From positions 1,984,001 to 2,048,000 of the forward strand of contig NW_026889772.1 in the NCBI RefSeq assembly GCF_033153115.1: 64,000 nt of DNA. Direction: 5' to 3'. The stretch is from Saccostrea echinata (lineage: Eukaryota). The translations under genes were made by a program, and so were the position numbers. Below are positions 52,101 through 64,000 of the stretch, one piece after another. Under the pieces are notes generated by a model, which saw only the letters and a list, made by a program, of their open reading frames with translations, was not told where the DNA came from and did no database searches. How positions within the stretch are numbered: the stretch's first letter is position 1; each line of letters opens with the position of its first letter.

Positions 52101-55100
52101 ACATGTCCCTGGGAATTTGCACAGAACTGAACAGAACGTTTGTAGAAATGAAACTAAATTGCAATGTAACACTTACTTCATTCAAAACATGACAAACAGA
52201 AAGTAGACACGTTTTCACGTTTTATGAATGCTTCCAAAAATTTTTCTCTCCCTGGAAAAAATTACAGGCAAACAAGACCAAAGAATTTATTTAATGATTT
52301 GATAGAATGGGCAACAAATTGGAGAGGAAATTCTTCAAATAGACCTAAGCAAAACACTACTTGTTACGAAGATAAAGGCTTTGAAAGTTGAAACTTTATA
52401 TGCCCCCCCATGAATATGGCCGGGGCATATAGTGTTTGTCATGTCCGTCTTCCGTCCTTCCGTCCTTCCGTCTGTCCTTCCGTCACACTTTGCTTTTAGC
52501 TCTGTTCAAAGCTCAGTTTCAAAGAAACTATCCAAGATATTTTTATCAAACTTCATATGCTGATAGATATTGATGAGGGCTATGCAACTGCATCAACATT
52601 TTTTGACCTTGACCTTTCCTTTGACCTTGACCTCACTTTTCTTAAATTAGTGTTTAGCTCAGTTTTAAAGATACCATTCAAGATAGTGTAATCAAACTTC
52701 ATATGTTGATACATACTGATGTAAGCTATTCAATTGCATCAACATTTTTTTGACCTTGACCTTTATTTTGACCTTGACTGCACTTTTCTTAAATTAATGT
52801 TTAGCTCTGTTTTAATGAAACCATTCAAAATATTTTTAACAAACTTAATATGCTGATACATACTGATGAGAGCTATTCAACTGCATCAATATTTTTTACC
52901 TTGACCTTTCCTTTGACCTTGACCTCACTTTTCTTAAATAAGTTTTTAGCTCAGTTTTAAAGATACCATTCAAGATAGTGTTATCAAACTTCATATGCTG
53001 ATACATACTGATGAGAGGTATTCAACTGCATCAATATTTTTTGACCTTGACCTTTCCTTTGACCTTGACCTCACTTTTCTTAAATTAGTGTTTAGCTCAG
53101 TTTTAAAGAAACCATTCATAATATTTTCATCAAACTTCATATGCTAATACATACTGATGTAACCTTTTCAACTGCATCAACATTTTTTGACCTTGACCTT
53201 TCCTTTGACCTTGACCTCACTTTTCTTAAATTAGTGTCAAACTTCGTATGCTGATACATACTGATGAGAGCTATTCAACTGCATCAATATTTTTTGACCT
53301 TGACCTTTCCGTTGACCTTGACCTCACTTTTCTTAAATTAGTGTTTAGCTCAGTTTTAAAGAAACCATTCATAATATTTTCATCAAACTTCAAATGCTAA
53401 TACATACTGATGTAACCTTTTCAACTGCATCAACGTTTTTTGACCTTGACCTTTCCTTTGATCTTGACCTCACTTTTCTTAAATTAGTGTCAAACTTCAT
53501 ATGCTGATACATACTGATGAGAGCTATTCAACTGCATCAGTATTTTTTGACCTTGACCTTTCCTTTGACCTTGACCTCACTTTTCTTAAATTAGTGTTTA
53601 GCTCAGTTTTAAAGAAACCATTCATAATATTTTCATCAAACTTCATATGCTAATACATACTGATGTAACCTTTTCAACTACATCAACATTTTTTGATCTT
53701 GACCTTTCCTTTGATCTTGACCTCACTTTTCTTAAATTAGTTTCTGAATCAAACGTCATATGCTGATACATACTGATGTAAGCTATTCAACTGCAGCAAT
53801 ATTTTTTGACCTTGACCTTTCCTTTGACCTTGACCTCACTTTTCTCAATTTGTGTTAAAATGTTGCATTACTAATATACCCTTGGCGGGGCATTCATGTC
53901 CTATGGACATATTTCTAGTTATTTATTGAAAACAATATCAAAAAAGTTCAAAATCGTAAATTCATGTGGTACACAAATGATATCTATAATTTTATGTTTT
54001 TTTTTAAGTGCTTGCTCTTTGAAATCATGCTTTATTCATTGAAAAAAATGATATTACTTGTATTCGCTCGCCTCAAAATTTTCAACTCCAAACTGAAAAA
54101 TATTAGTTGTAAAATTATTTCGCCCTCTCGCCTCACTTTTTATTTTTGAAAATCCAAAGAACTATTTTACAAATTGGTGTGGCCTAAGGTTAAAATTTAG
54201 TGAAAATATTTTCAGAAATAGGACAAACTCCAAAGTCAAGGTCATAAAGTAAAAAAATGTTTGGTCCAAACAAGGTCTTGTCACAAGGAATACACAGGTG
54301 AAATATGTAAGCCCTAGCACAACAGTTCAAAAGTTATGGGCAAGGATAAAGTTTTTTTCAAAAGTAAGTCAAATTCCAAGTTCAAGAGGTCAAAAATGTT
54401 GGTACCCAAAGAAAAGTCATGTCACAAAGAATGCATTTGTGACATATGGAAGCCCTAGCACCAACTATTCAAAAGTTATGGCAAAGGTTAAAGTTTGGTA
54501 AAAAAAAAAGTGAAAGTTGGTTAAACTCCAAGGTCAAGAGGTAAAGAAAATTGGTACTTAAAGAAAGGTCTTGCTGTAAGGAATACACATGTGAAATTTA
54601 AAAGCCTTAGCACCAACCATAAAAAATTGATGGACAAGGTTAAATTTTTTGTGGGCTGACAGACAGACCAATAAACTATATGCTCCCGAATCTTTGATTA
54701 TAGTGGCATAAAAACTTGATTAACATTCATTCATCTGTCAATGTGGCATGACAATATTTCAGCAACTGAGAGTGTTAGTAATGGTAAAAGTTCTGGAGGA
54801 CGTCAGCTGGTTCCCGGCCTCTTACTGCTGCCCGATTCTAAATACAACGGAACAGCCTACAGACCACCTCATGGTAAGTGTGCAGTGTACATCTACATGT
54901 ATCAGAGGCAGATTTATTTTGCCTCTGACTACTGTAGATTTAAATATTTTTACAGGGTATAATTTCAAAATGTTCTTGTTAAAAAGCTTTTGCTTGGGGT
55001 TATTTATGTGAAAGTTAAAGAATTAACAAAACTTTGCTGGTTAGTTGTTTAGCATGCTACCTTTTTTCATAACTGTTTATGTGGTGTTCAATTCTATGAA

Positions 55101-57142
55101 AATTCACTCATTGCAAAATTCGCAAAACTTTCCCCCACATGAGTATTTCCATGTTTGCAGTAAGAAAAATTGAATCCTTTCTAGGTAGAGTTTAAAATTT
55201 ATTGTTGCTGGGTGTTTTTTATCATCTGAATTTGGACAGGGTAATTTTTATCTTCTGAGTTTGAAGGTATCAGGTTATAAACAGAGTGTAGAAAGTATAG
55301 GCATTAGGAATGAAATATACATGTAAAAATATTTCATGTATCCAAATACACTTGAATGTATTGAATTTGGATAAGTCTTGTTCATATATCAGGATCTGCT
55401 ATATTTTTTAGCAGAGGCTGGAATGTATAAATACTGTTCAAAAGTAATAAAAAAACAAGATGTGTTTGTGAAACACTATGCACCCAGCGGCAACAAAGTT
55501 CGAAAAAGCTATTTTTAGCGTATAGGTCACAGTCAAGGTCACAAGGTCATTGACCTTGGTGTCATTTGAAAGAACTTAATTAGTGGAGTATGCATACCAA
55601 ATATGAAGTCTCTATCTCCTATGGTTCAAAAGTTATGGCGAAAGTTAAAGTTGACAACAGACAGACAAACAGACAGACAGGACAAAAACAATATGCGCCC
55701 CCAATCTATCGATCCGGGCACATAAAAAGACAGAAAGTCAATGTACTAAATGTATGTTCCCTGTGTATGGTTTTAAAATTTATTTTGTCTGATTTTGTTA
55801 AGGTGGTTCACAACCTCTGGATGGACATGCTACTTTTAATAGTTTGACTAAGACTGCTACAAGACCCGAGATTCATCTCCGAGAACTGACCAGTAGGAGT
55901 AATCTGGACATCAAATTTGACGAATTTCAGTCTGGACAGGTATGTGATATCATTATTTCAGTCTGGACGGGTGTTTGATATCATTATTTCAGTCTGGACA
56001 GGTACATGATATCATTATTTCTGTCTGGACAGGTATGTGATATCAGTATTTCTGTCTGGACAGGTGCTTGATATCATTATTAGGGCCCCACTCTGCGGGC
56101 GCCCTATAGTGATCAGTCTGTCCGTCCGTCTGTCCATCCGAGATTTCTTGTCCGGAGCATATCTTCTCTCTCCTTGGCCCAATCTGGCTCATACTTTACC
56201 CACAGAATGTCTTTGGGTAAAGGGTGTGCAGTGACCTTGAACCATGTTTCTAGGTCTAAGTTCAAGGTCATAGCAGAATTATATGAAAAATCCTTGTCCG
56301 GAGCATATCTTCTCTCCTCTTGGTCCAATTTGACTCATACTTCACTCACAGAGAGCCACTGGTCAATGGATGTGCAGTGACTTTGAACAAAGTTTCTAGG
56401 TCAAGGGTCAAGGTCAAAAATAGCCTCTCTGTTTAAATTCTTGTCCGGAGCATATTTTCTCTCTCCTTGGCCCAATCTGGCTCATACTTCACCCACAGAG
56501 TGTCTTTGGGTAAAGGGTGTGCAGTGACCTTGAACCATGTTTCTAGGTCTAAGGTCAAGGTCATAGCAGAATTATATGAAAAATCCTTGTCCGGAGCATA
56601 TCTTCTCTCCTTTTGGTCCAATGTGGCTCATACTTCACTCTCAGAGTGGCACTGGTCCAGGGGTGTGCAATTAGCATCACCAGACGCCGGGGGCTACCAT
56701 TTTTTGGGGTCGGGCTAGTAGTTTTCTGCATGGAGGTAGCCCCTTGGGCTAGTAAAAATTAAAACTACCAATGTAATACATGAAAATCACTATCGGTATT
56801 TTTACTCATTTTTTGCTATCAAATTCTTAAGCAATGAAAAAATTTCGGCAGCATGCTCCTATTGTTCGTAAATTTCCATAGTCTTATCCATTTTGCAGTA
56901 CTACCTGACTTATTTACTTCCAAAAAGGATCGTTTTTATCTAATCCGAATTTCCTCTATTCCTCTGTTTATGGTAAATACACATGCAGATATCTCATTAA
57001 ATTATTTATGATCACTCAGTCAATGGAAAAATAAGTGTTATGTGGTTTACATAAAATATATTTCCAGCGTATTTAATGATTTGAGATGAAAAAAAAATGA
57101 TTTTCATTTCATTTTAGATAAGATATAATTTATTTGAATTCA

Positions 57143-57182
<40 letters not shown>

Positions 57183-57551
57183 CCGTTTTCGTCCGTCGTC
57201 GTCCATCGTGCGTTGTGCGTCGTGTGTTAACATTTGAACATTTTCAGCTTCTTCTCTAAAACCGCTGAACCAATTTCAGCCAATTTTGGCATATGGCATC
57301 TATGTGTGAAGGGGAACAAAATTTGTGAATTTCATGGTCCCTGCCCCCCTGGGGCCTGAGGGGTGGGGCTAAAACCACCAAAATTAATGCAATTTTTAAA
57401 AATCTTCTTCTTTACTCCTGGACAACAAGGGGTCAAACTGTTGGCATGATTGTAATAAGCATTGAGCCCTCTACCAAAATTGTGAAATTCATGGCCCCAG
57501 GGTCAGGGGTTCTGGTGCTAGGGCGGGGCTATATAGATCATATAGTGAAAG

Positions 57552-57586
<35 letters not shown>

Positions 57587-57719
57587 TGGGTATTATTGAA
57601 ACAAATTGAATACATAGTTATGATAAGCAAGGGTGACTCTACCAAAATTGTGAAATTCATGGCCCCAGGGTCAGGGGTTCTGGTGCTAGGGCGGGGCCAT
57701 ATAGATCATATTGTAAAAG

Positions 57720-57754
<35 letters not shown>

Positions 57755-58729
57755 TGGGTATTATTGAAACATATTGAATACATAGTTATGATAAGCAAGG
57801 GTGACTCTACCAAAATTGTGAAATTCATGGCCCCAGGATCAAGGGTTCTTGTGAAAAGGTGGGGGGGCTCTATTGATTTTATGGTGAGAAAGCAAAATTT
57901 CTTTGAAAATCTTCTTCTCAACTCCTGGGTATTAATTAAACAAGTTAAATACATAGTTATGATAGGCTGACTCTACCAAATTTGTGAAAATCATGGGTCA
58001 AGGGTTCTGGTAAAAAAGGGGGGGGGGCTCTATTGATTATATAGTGAAAAAGCAAAATTTCTTTGAAAATCTTCTTCTCTACTCCTGGTTATTATTTAAA
58101 CAAATTGAATACATTGTTATGATAGGATGCCTCTTCCAAAATTGTTAAATTCATGGCCCCAGGGACAGGGGTTCTGGTGCTAGGGTGGGGCTATATAGAT
58201 CCTATAGTGAAGGTGAATTATTTCTTTGAGAATTTCTCCTTTGAAAATCTTCTTCTCTGCCCCTGGGTATTATTTAAATAAACTAAATACATTGTTATGA
58301 TATGCAAGGATGCCTCCTCCAAAATTGTGAATTTCAGGCTCCCAGGATCAAGGGTTCTGGGGAAAAGGGGGGGGGGGGCTCTATTGATTATATAGCGAAA
58401 AAGCAAAATTTCTTTGAAAATATTCTGGTTAAAAAGCAAAGAAGCTAAGTGTATAGTTATGATGAGCAAGAGTGCTTCTTCCAGAGTAGTGAATTTCATG
58501 ACCCCCTGGGTCATATGTGCTGGTGTAAGGGTGGGGCTCTTGATAATATAGTGAAAATGCATTAATTCTATTAAATAATCCTGTCTGCTCTCAGTGTTAA
58601 GCAGACAAACAAAGTGATTACTTATGATGAGCAAACTTCTGGTCCCAGGGTGAGAGGCTCTGGTGTTTCTCAGTGGGGAGAAGGGGGGGGGGTGCTCTAT
58701 TGATAATATAGTGAATATAGTGAATCTGT

Positions 58730-58762
<33 letters not shown>

Positions 58763-61700
58763 CTGCACCTGGGCATATCAGAGGCAAAAAGAGTAAAAGT
58801 TTTAATAAGGAAGGGTATTCTTACCAGATTTTTGAACATCTGGACCATTTGTTCAAGTGTTCTGGTCCTGTCCAGGGCTCTATTAATTTGTATTCTACTG
58901 AGAGGAGTTATTCCCCTTTGCCATTTACTTTTGATAATTAATCACTGTAAATAATGTACTTGAAAGGTTAATAGAATAGGAGAATTATGCAAGAATTGTT
59001 ATTGTATAATACAAAAAGTACTTTCTTAGTTTTAATGATCAGGTAGACATGTAAGTAGTAGATAAATAAAAATCAGACAAAAATAACTTGTCTTATGAAA
59101 TGTTCATCAAAGACCAAGAGAGGTCAATGTAAGAGATTTCAACAAGGTATGAAGCACTGATAGTTTGTTAATATACTTATGGTGAGAGTGATAAATGGGG
59201 AAGAGATTAGAACCTAATTTATGAACTGTTAATGAATACTAGACTAATTATTTTGTTGATCCTGATCACCCTATTTTTCTTGCTTTTGGGCAACAAAGGT
59301 TCACCTTTTAGTTCATTTTATACTCTATGGATTCTCTAAATTGTTGTATGATACTCAGATGACCGTTAAGGCCCTTGGGCCTCTTGTTCTATTTACTATC
59401 ATAATTATTAATTTATACATGATTTAATTTTACTAGTGAGAATTACACTTAAATTTTAAAAAGAATGACATTAAAACCCTGACTTTTTCAATAATAAACT
59501 ATTTTTTAAATATTAGTTTTTACCCCCCCCCCCCCCCCCCCCCCCACATTTGGGCTAGTAACTTTTTACTTTGGGCTAGTAACTTTCTTGCTGCCACTAG
59601 CCCGTGGGCTAGTGCTTAATTTTTTTAATTGCACACCCCTGTGGTCAATGGATGTGCAGTGACCTTGAACGAAGTTTCTAGGTCAAGGGTCAAAAATAGC
59701 CTCTCTGTTTAAAATCTTTGTTCGGTGCATGGTTTCTTTCTCTTAAGTCCAGTCAGCCTCAAACTTTACCAATTGACTTAGGGTACAGAACATTTCTGAT
59801 TTTCCTTCCATATTTTGATATGTATGTAACAGTTTTCAGAGAGGATATGCAACATTTGTGATTTTTGTGTGGATTTTTGATAGAGGGTATGGAGCACTCG
59901 TGATTTTCATGCCATTTTTTATTGTAACAAGGATGACATAGAAGCTCTTTAGACTCAAACAACACATCCCTTAATAGTACACAAGTGTTCCTCTTCAAAA
60001 TAAACCCTTTTCAGCTACCTTATATTTTCATGTTCGTTGCTGAAAGCGGGGCCCTTTGAGATGGCCACCATCTCAATGATATCTAGTTTTTGTCTGTAAA
60101 GGTGCTTGATATCATTATTTCTGTCTGGACAGGTATGTGATATCAATATTTCTGTCTGGACAGGTGCTTGATATCATTATTTTTGTCTGTAAAGGTGCTT
60201 GTTATCATTATTTCTGTCTGGACAAGTACGGGATATCATTATTTCTGTGTGGACAGGTGCTTGATATCATTATTTCTATGTGGACAGGTGATTGATATCA
60301 TTATTTCTGTGTGGACAGGTGATTGATATCATTATTTCTGTGTGGACAGGTGATTGATATATAATTATTTTAGTCTGGACAGGTACATGATATCATTATT
60401 TCAGTCTGGACAGGTGCTAGATATCATTATTTCAGTCTGGACAGGTGCTAGATATCATTATTTCTGTGTGGACAGGTGATTGATATAATAATTTCAGTCT
60501 GGACAGGTATGTGATATCATTATTTCAGTCTGGACAGGTTCATGATATCATTATTTCTGTATTTCTGTGTGGATAGATGATTGATATCATTATTTCAGTC
60601 TGGACAGGTAGGTGATGTCATTATTTCAGTCTGGACAGGTTCATGATATCATTATTTCTGTATTTCTGTGTGGATAGATGATTGATATCATTATTTTAGT
60701 CTGGACAGGTGCTTGATATCATTATTTAAGTCTGGACAGGTGCTTGATATCATTATTTCTGTCTGGATAGGTGCTTAAAATCATTAGTTTAGTCTGGACA
60801 GGTATGTGATATCATTATTTCTGTCTGGACAGGTGATTGATATCATTATTTCTGTCTGAACAGGTGCTTGATATCAATATTTCTGTCTGAACAGATGCTT
60901 GATATCGTTATTTTAGTCTGGACAGGTGCTTGATATCATTTTTATTGGTCTGGACAGTGATTGATGTTATTTCTGTCTGGACAGGTGCTTAATATCATTA
61001 TTTCTCTCTGTACAGGTGATTTATTTCATTATTTCTGTCTGGACAGGTGCTTGATATCAATATTTCAGTCTGGACAGGTGCTTGATATCATCGTTTTTAG
61101 TCTCGACAGGTGCTTGATATCATTATTTCTGTCTGGACAGGTGCTTGATATCAATATTTCTGTCTGCACAGGTGATTGATATCATTTATTTAAGTGTAGA
61201 CAGGTGCTAGATATCATTATTTCTGTCTGGACAGGTGATTGATATAATTATTTCTGTCTCGACAGGTGATTGATATCATTTATTTCTGTCTGGACAGGTG
61301 ATTGATATTAATATTTCTTTCTGGACAGGTGACTGATATTATTCCATCTGGACAGTTGCTTGATATCATTATTCTTGCATTGATATTCTTGGAGTACTTT
61401 GTAAAAGAAAGTCTTCAGCTGTCGGAGAGACACAGATATACAAGTTATAATATACAGGAAGTGAAAGCTGTGTGTAATATCAATGAACAATATATTGTAG
61501 AAATTTCATAAAAGTGAAAATTGATTTTAAAATTTTATAAATTTTAGGGTGCTACAAGTGAGTATCTGAGTCGAGTTTCCCTCCTCTCCAACCCTCCCCG
61601 TGTGTTTCACGGCAGTGGAATGTCGACAGAAGCGGCCCGTGATTCGGCTTCTCTGGAAGCTCTCAAATTTTTGGAAGACCTCGGCAAAGGTGACGGGTAA

Positions 61701-62340
61701 GCATAAATTGTATCTACAGCACAGCTCAAAAGCCAGGCAGATATCAGTCTTATAATCATCTGGCAGATTAATACATAATTTGTTTTTCATTTAAAGTTTG
61801 ACAGCAAAACCCAAAGTTGTTTTACATTCAGTACTGTACATATGAAAATTGTAATGCAAAATTTAAGTTATAATTTTGGAGAGTTACTTCCCTTCTTTAA
61901 AATTAGAAATAAATGTTAAGATAGTTGTTCAAAAATTTTTCACTAGTTCTACTTAACATTTACCACGTAATTTTATGGAGATGGGTAATTTTTAGACTCT
62001 CTGCTTATTCAGTAAACTTCTTGATAAAACATCTGCAGTTCTATATCAGAATTTGTAAAGTCTGTTTCCCAAATGTTGATTTACAAAATTAAATTGAACA
62101 CACATTCACTATTTTGATAAAACAGGCAATGACTTTTTTGTCTTTCTTATTACCCTCTGCCTAATAAATCACATAGTATATGATCTTGATTTTCTTTTTA
62201 GGAAAGTCACATCAATATGAAATCTCCTACCTACATTTATTTGTTTAATCTTTTTTTATTACAGTCCACAAGTGAAAATGGAAGGAGATCTGGCCAGCAC
62301 TCCCTCACCAGGTGGCGCCCAGCGCGGTGCCACCATGTAG
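26495..62340 (+). CDS. STAU: Double-stranded RNA-binding protein Staufen homolog (15 coding exons, ~723 aa; start codon uncertain)
   Basis: Exons (26456)26495-26549, 26826-27038, 27534-27745, 38274-38478, 39099-39267, 39707-39897, 40204-40283, 40648-40866, 41495-41647, 48848-49000, 49839-49887, 54763-54873, 55803-55939, 61548-61696, 62265-62340; GT-AG, phases consistent, 2172 nt. Motifs [96 protein letters not shown]. The first exon is open upstream of the ATG, so an earlier start is possible. Confidence 0.93.
27148..27285. repeat. 51-bp tandem repeat (~2.6 copies) in a Staufen intron
   Basis: tgggtatttatcattaggtgacgattatctgtaggttgtgttatatttgcg repeated. Confidence 0.85.
28064..31090 (+). 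mobile_element. HINE (non-autonomous Helentron) with ~166-bp satellite-like array
   Basis: 5' agctcacctgagccgaaggctcaagtgagct, (gtct/gtcc)n microsatellite, about 16 ~166-bp units, 3' ggtgagcgatgtggcccatgggcctcttgtt. Confidence 0.88.
33220..33356. other. Assembly gap (137 N)
   Basis: Run of N. Confidence 1.
33858..34362. mobile_element. Degenerate Crypton-like non-autonomous element
   Basis: ctatacaa...ttgtatag ends, ctgattgg motif near the start and a long 3' hairpin ttgcatga..atgaagatttattca...tgaataaatcttcat..tcatgcaa. Confidence 0.45.
36478..37378. mobile_element. hAT-type MITE
   Basis: TIR tagggatg/catcccta, 8-bp TSD gaaaaaag, subterminal gaatattc palindromic repeats. Confidence 0.88.
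38433..38995 (+). repeat. ~58-bp tandem array copying a Staufen exon end and donor
   Basis: Unit cctacccccaccctccagcaaagccgaccaaaccacatcataatg|gtaa; ~9 copies degenerating away from the exon end at 38478. Confidence 0.93.
43125..43312 (+). repeat. Array of 8 short palindromes (AGGCC-GAT-GGCCT consensus) with 9-20 nt variable spacers
   Basis: Units start at 43125, 43146, 43169, 43193, 43218, 43241, 43269 and 43301. Confidence 0.85.
43769..44835 (-). CDS. Tyrosine recombinase of the DIRS/Ngaro element (frame open well upstream of the called ORF, no own ATG)
   Basis: [11 protein letters not shown] (R), LKRSKTD (K), [10 protein letters not shown] (HxxR), [14 protein letters not shown] (W, catalytic Y); N-terminal [14 protein letters not shown] helix; overlaps the RNase H end in the -1 frame. 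Confidence 0.92.
44752..46399 (-). CDS. pol: reverse transcriptase + RNase H (one +1 frameshift in a 7-nt homopolymer at 45498-45504)
   Basis: [42 protein letters not shown]; RNase [28 protein letters not shown]. No methyltransferase domain seen. Removing one A restores [24 protein letters not shown] and fuses RT to RNase H. Confidence 0.9.
46400..47673 (-). CDS. gag-like ORF1 with C-terminal Cys/His finger (one frameshift near 47450)
   Basis: MTGRKRK start; [53 protein letters not shown]...H....C, typical of Ngaro/DIRS gag. Confidence 0.8.
48993..49298 (+). repeat. 16-bp tandem array starting at a Staufen donor site
   Basis: Junction accaggag|gtaataa followed by ~18 copies of acc(a/g)gagtaataactg. 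Confidence 0.9.
50745..51585. mobile_element. TA-TSD MITE
   Basis: TA|CTGTATAGGGG...CCCCTATACAG|TA. Confidence 0.8.
51634..54184. mobile_element. Harbinger-like MITE with nested HINE
   Basis: cgccatatcaatttgcaatatagtt versus aactattttacaaattggtgtggcc; TAA on both flanks. Confidence 0.65.
52394..53920 (+). mobile_element. HINE with ~146-bp tgaccttgacc-rich array
   Basis: 5' hairpin atatgcccc...ggggcatat, (ccgtcctt)n, tandem units, 3' atgtcctatggacat..ctagtt. Confidence 0.82.
55454..55728 (-). mobile_element. Short HINE
   Basis: aacaagatgtgtttgtgaaacac..., (caga)n, terminal hairpin then ataaaaa. Confidence 0.7.
56658..59641. mobile_element. TIR MITE with 5-bp TSD nested in a HINE
   Basis: TIR caggggtgtgcaatta / taattgcacacccctg; TSD tggtc on both sides; gggctagta subterminal repeats. 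Confidence 0.82.
57145..59388 (+). mobile_element. HINE with ~168-bp satellite-like array nested in the MITE
   Basis: aggtcacctgagtcactcaggtgacct 5' palindrome, (cgt)n-like tract, 168-bp units, 3' aggcccttgggcctcttgtt. Confidence 0.85.
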
Positions 62341-64000
62341 AGGGACTTTGGTTTAAACTTTGAACTTTTCTTCATGTTGAGGGTTTTACAGAGCTTTACC
62401 TGGTTTGTGGATGATTTGAATGCCGTTATTTGTTTTTTATAGCCATGATTTTTTGGTGGTTTTTCTTTTCAAATTATCCATTTTCCAAAAATTTGTTTCT
62501 TTTTTTCTTTGAATATCAGGAAATTTGTGGATGTTAATAATTAGAAGACAGACAGTCTTCCTGTATTTATATTGTTAAATATTAATGCATAAAAACAAGT
62601 CATATTGCAGTGTATGTTATGCCAGTACTAGCTACTTGTTCTTGTGCATTAAAGCTGTAAAAATTTCCTGTCATATTTAAATTTGAGATTTTTTTAATTG
62701 TTACATTTTAAGATAAGCTGACCGCTATATTTTTGCTTTTGAAAACCCTCAAATACAATAGAATGAGTGGCTCCCTCTTCCAATAGGAATGGAATATAAT
62801 TTGTTGTTTTGTCCCCCCCCCCCCCCCCAGCCTCCATTCTACATTAATAGTTCAAAGTTTAGTGTTGAATTTAACTGGATTCAATTTATCTTTTGTTCAG
62901 TCCCAAAATATTACATAAAACACATTTGATTGAAGTATGGATTTCTAACAATGCATGTAAATTAATTCAAAAACTTCCCCCACCCCTTAATTATTAAATT
63001 TGTTATTTTGGTGATTGACCTTGTTAAATTTAATCCAGGTTATGTTTATGAATATTTGTGAAGACAAATGTTAAGGAACTTACTTGAGCACAATTTTGTT
63101 AGACAGTTAGACAGTTTTCTCACAATACAAGAGACTATTTTATTTGATAAGTACATAAGCATTTACTACAAAGTGTCCTAGGACAATATTTTCACAAAAA
63201 AAAAAATGATTTAGAAAGTAAAGATTTGACTGAATCTTATTTCTCAAAACTTCCTTAGCCTTATTCTTCTCAAGCAGGTGCTTGAAGGAGTTTAACAGCT
63301 TGCTGTCTTTATTGTGAGAAAGACTGGGCTTTTTATGTCAGAGTATATCTATATGGCCCTTGAATCTGGTCCACAGCTCACAGAAAAGGGATCCATAGTT
63401 ATTGTTACTAAGGGTTATGGAGGTATACCCAAACTGTGTTCGGGAGAATCCTGCTATTTGATATTTTGTTTGATGAACAGGAGGAATCTAAAAATGTTGT
63501 TCCGTAACAAGCTTCTACTTTCCAATATTTCGCCATGCATTTATACTTCATAGATAAAAACAACACCCGGGATGTTTGATCAAACTCTGTATCACTGTTG
63601 TAATTTTTATTTTCTGCATAATTAGATTGTCTTCATTTATAGTCATTTTGTTTTGTGGGGGTGTATACAAGGTTATGTGAAGGTCAAACTAAATGGTCAG
63701 TGTCTTGGTGCTATTTGATCTGACCTGACCTGTACATCGCTCACAGTTTTGTCAAAGGTAAATCAAGTATTATCAACCTCTACAATATACATGTAATTTA
63801 AATCCCATTGTTAAAAGTCTGTGTGATTTTTGTAGTAATTAACGGATTGGAGCAGTTTTCTAGGAAGTGATTTTCTCGGTAATCCAGTTTGTATATACTT
63901 GATTTATCTTTACCACTTGTGTGTTTTTCCGTTGTACGTATTGCTTTATTCATTGTCTGCAATGTAAAAACACACAGAATTTTCTGTATTCATTAAAATA

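Larger units (their letters stand above)
50140..54714 (-). mobile_element. Degenerate HINE hosting nested MITEs
   Basis: gatgagtgtgtgaaacactgatgcccc end, aaggtcaa-rich units at ~50680 and 54200-54650, gacagacagac plus hairpin at the other end. Confidence 0.55.
56079..60088 (+). mobile_element. HINE inserted in the 31-bp array
   Basis: tagggcccc..gccctat 5' hairpin, (gtcc)n, ~146-bp units, 3' ggggccc ttgagatgg..ccatctcaa..ctagtt. Confidence 0.78.
55924..61375 (+). repeat. 31-bp tandem array copying a Staufen exon end and donor, split by a 4-kb nested insertion
   Basis: Unit atttcagtctggacag|gtatgtgatatcatt at 55924-56080 and 60085-61375, ~45 copies. Confidence 0.95.

Noticed and set aside
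57446-58787. 174-aa and 189-aa ORFs
   Set aside because: Read-through of 168-bp satellite units inside a HINE.

Overview
Eukaryotic, AT-rich, intron-rich animal DNA, most likely a bivalve such as an oyster (inferred from Helentron/HINE elements carrying ~146-168 bp satellite-like arrays). Three spliced genes were assembled by hand with GT-AG introns and consistent phases: (1) a putatively N-myristoylated 4-EF-hand calmodulin-like protein (+, 1035-3783, 178 aa); (2) FBXO16 (-, 23113-5201, 351 aa); (3) Staufen (+, ~26495-62340, ~723 aa, five dsRBD-like regions). The introns are full of nested MITEs, HINEs and Crypton-like elements. Two features stand out. (a) A 5.77-kb near-intact Ngaro/DIRS-type tyrosine-recombinase retroelement (gag-RT-RNase H-YR) lies in a Staufen intron. 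It is unexpectedly bounded by foldback/Mutator-like TIRs and a perfect 9-bp target-site duplication. It carries an array of short palindromes with variable spacers plus other hairpins downstream of the recombinase, and it appears to express pol by UGA-CUA readthrough and YR by splicing. (b) At six different splice junctions of FBXO16 and Staufen the exon edge plus its splice signal has been tandemly amplified into the intron (2 to ~45 copies), creating arrays of decoy donors or acceptors. There is one assembly gap (33220-33356). All family assignments come from motif recognition; no database search was run.
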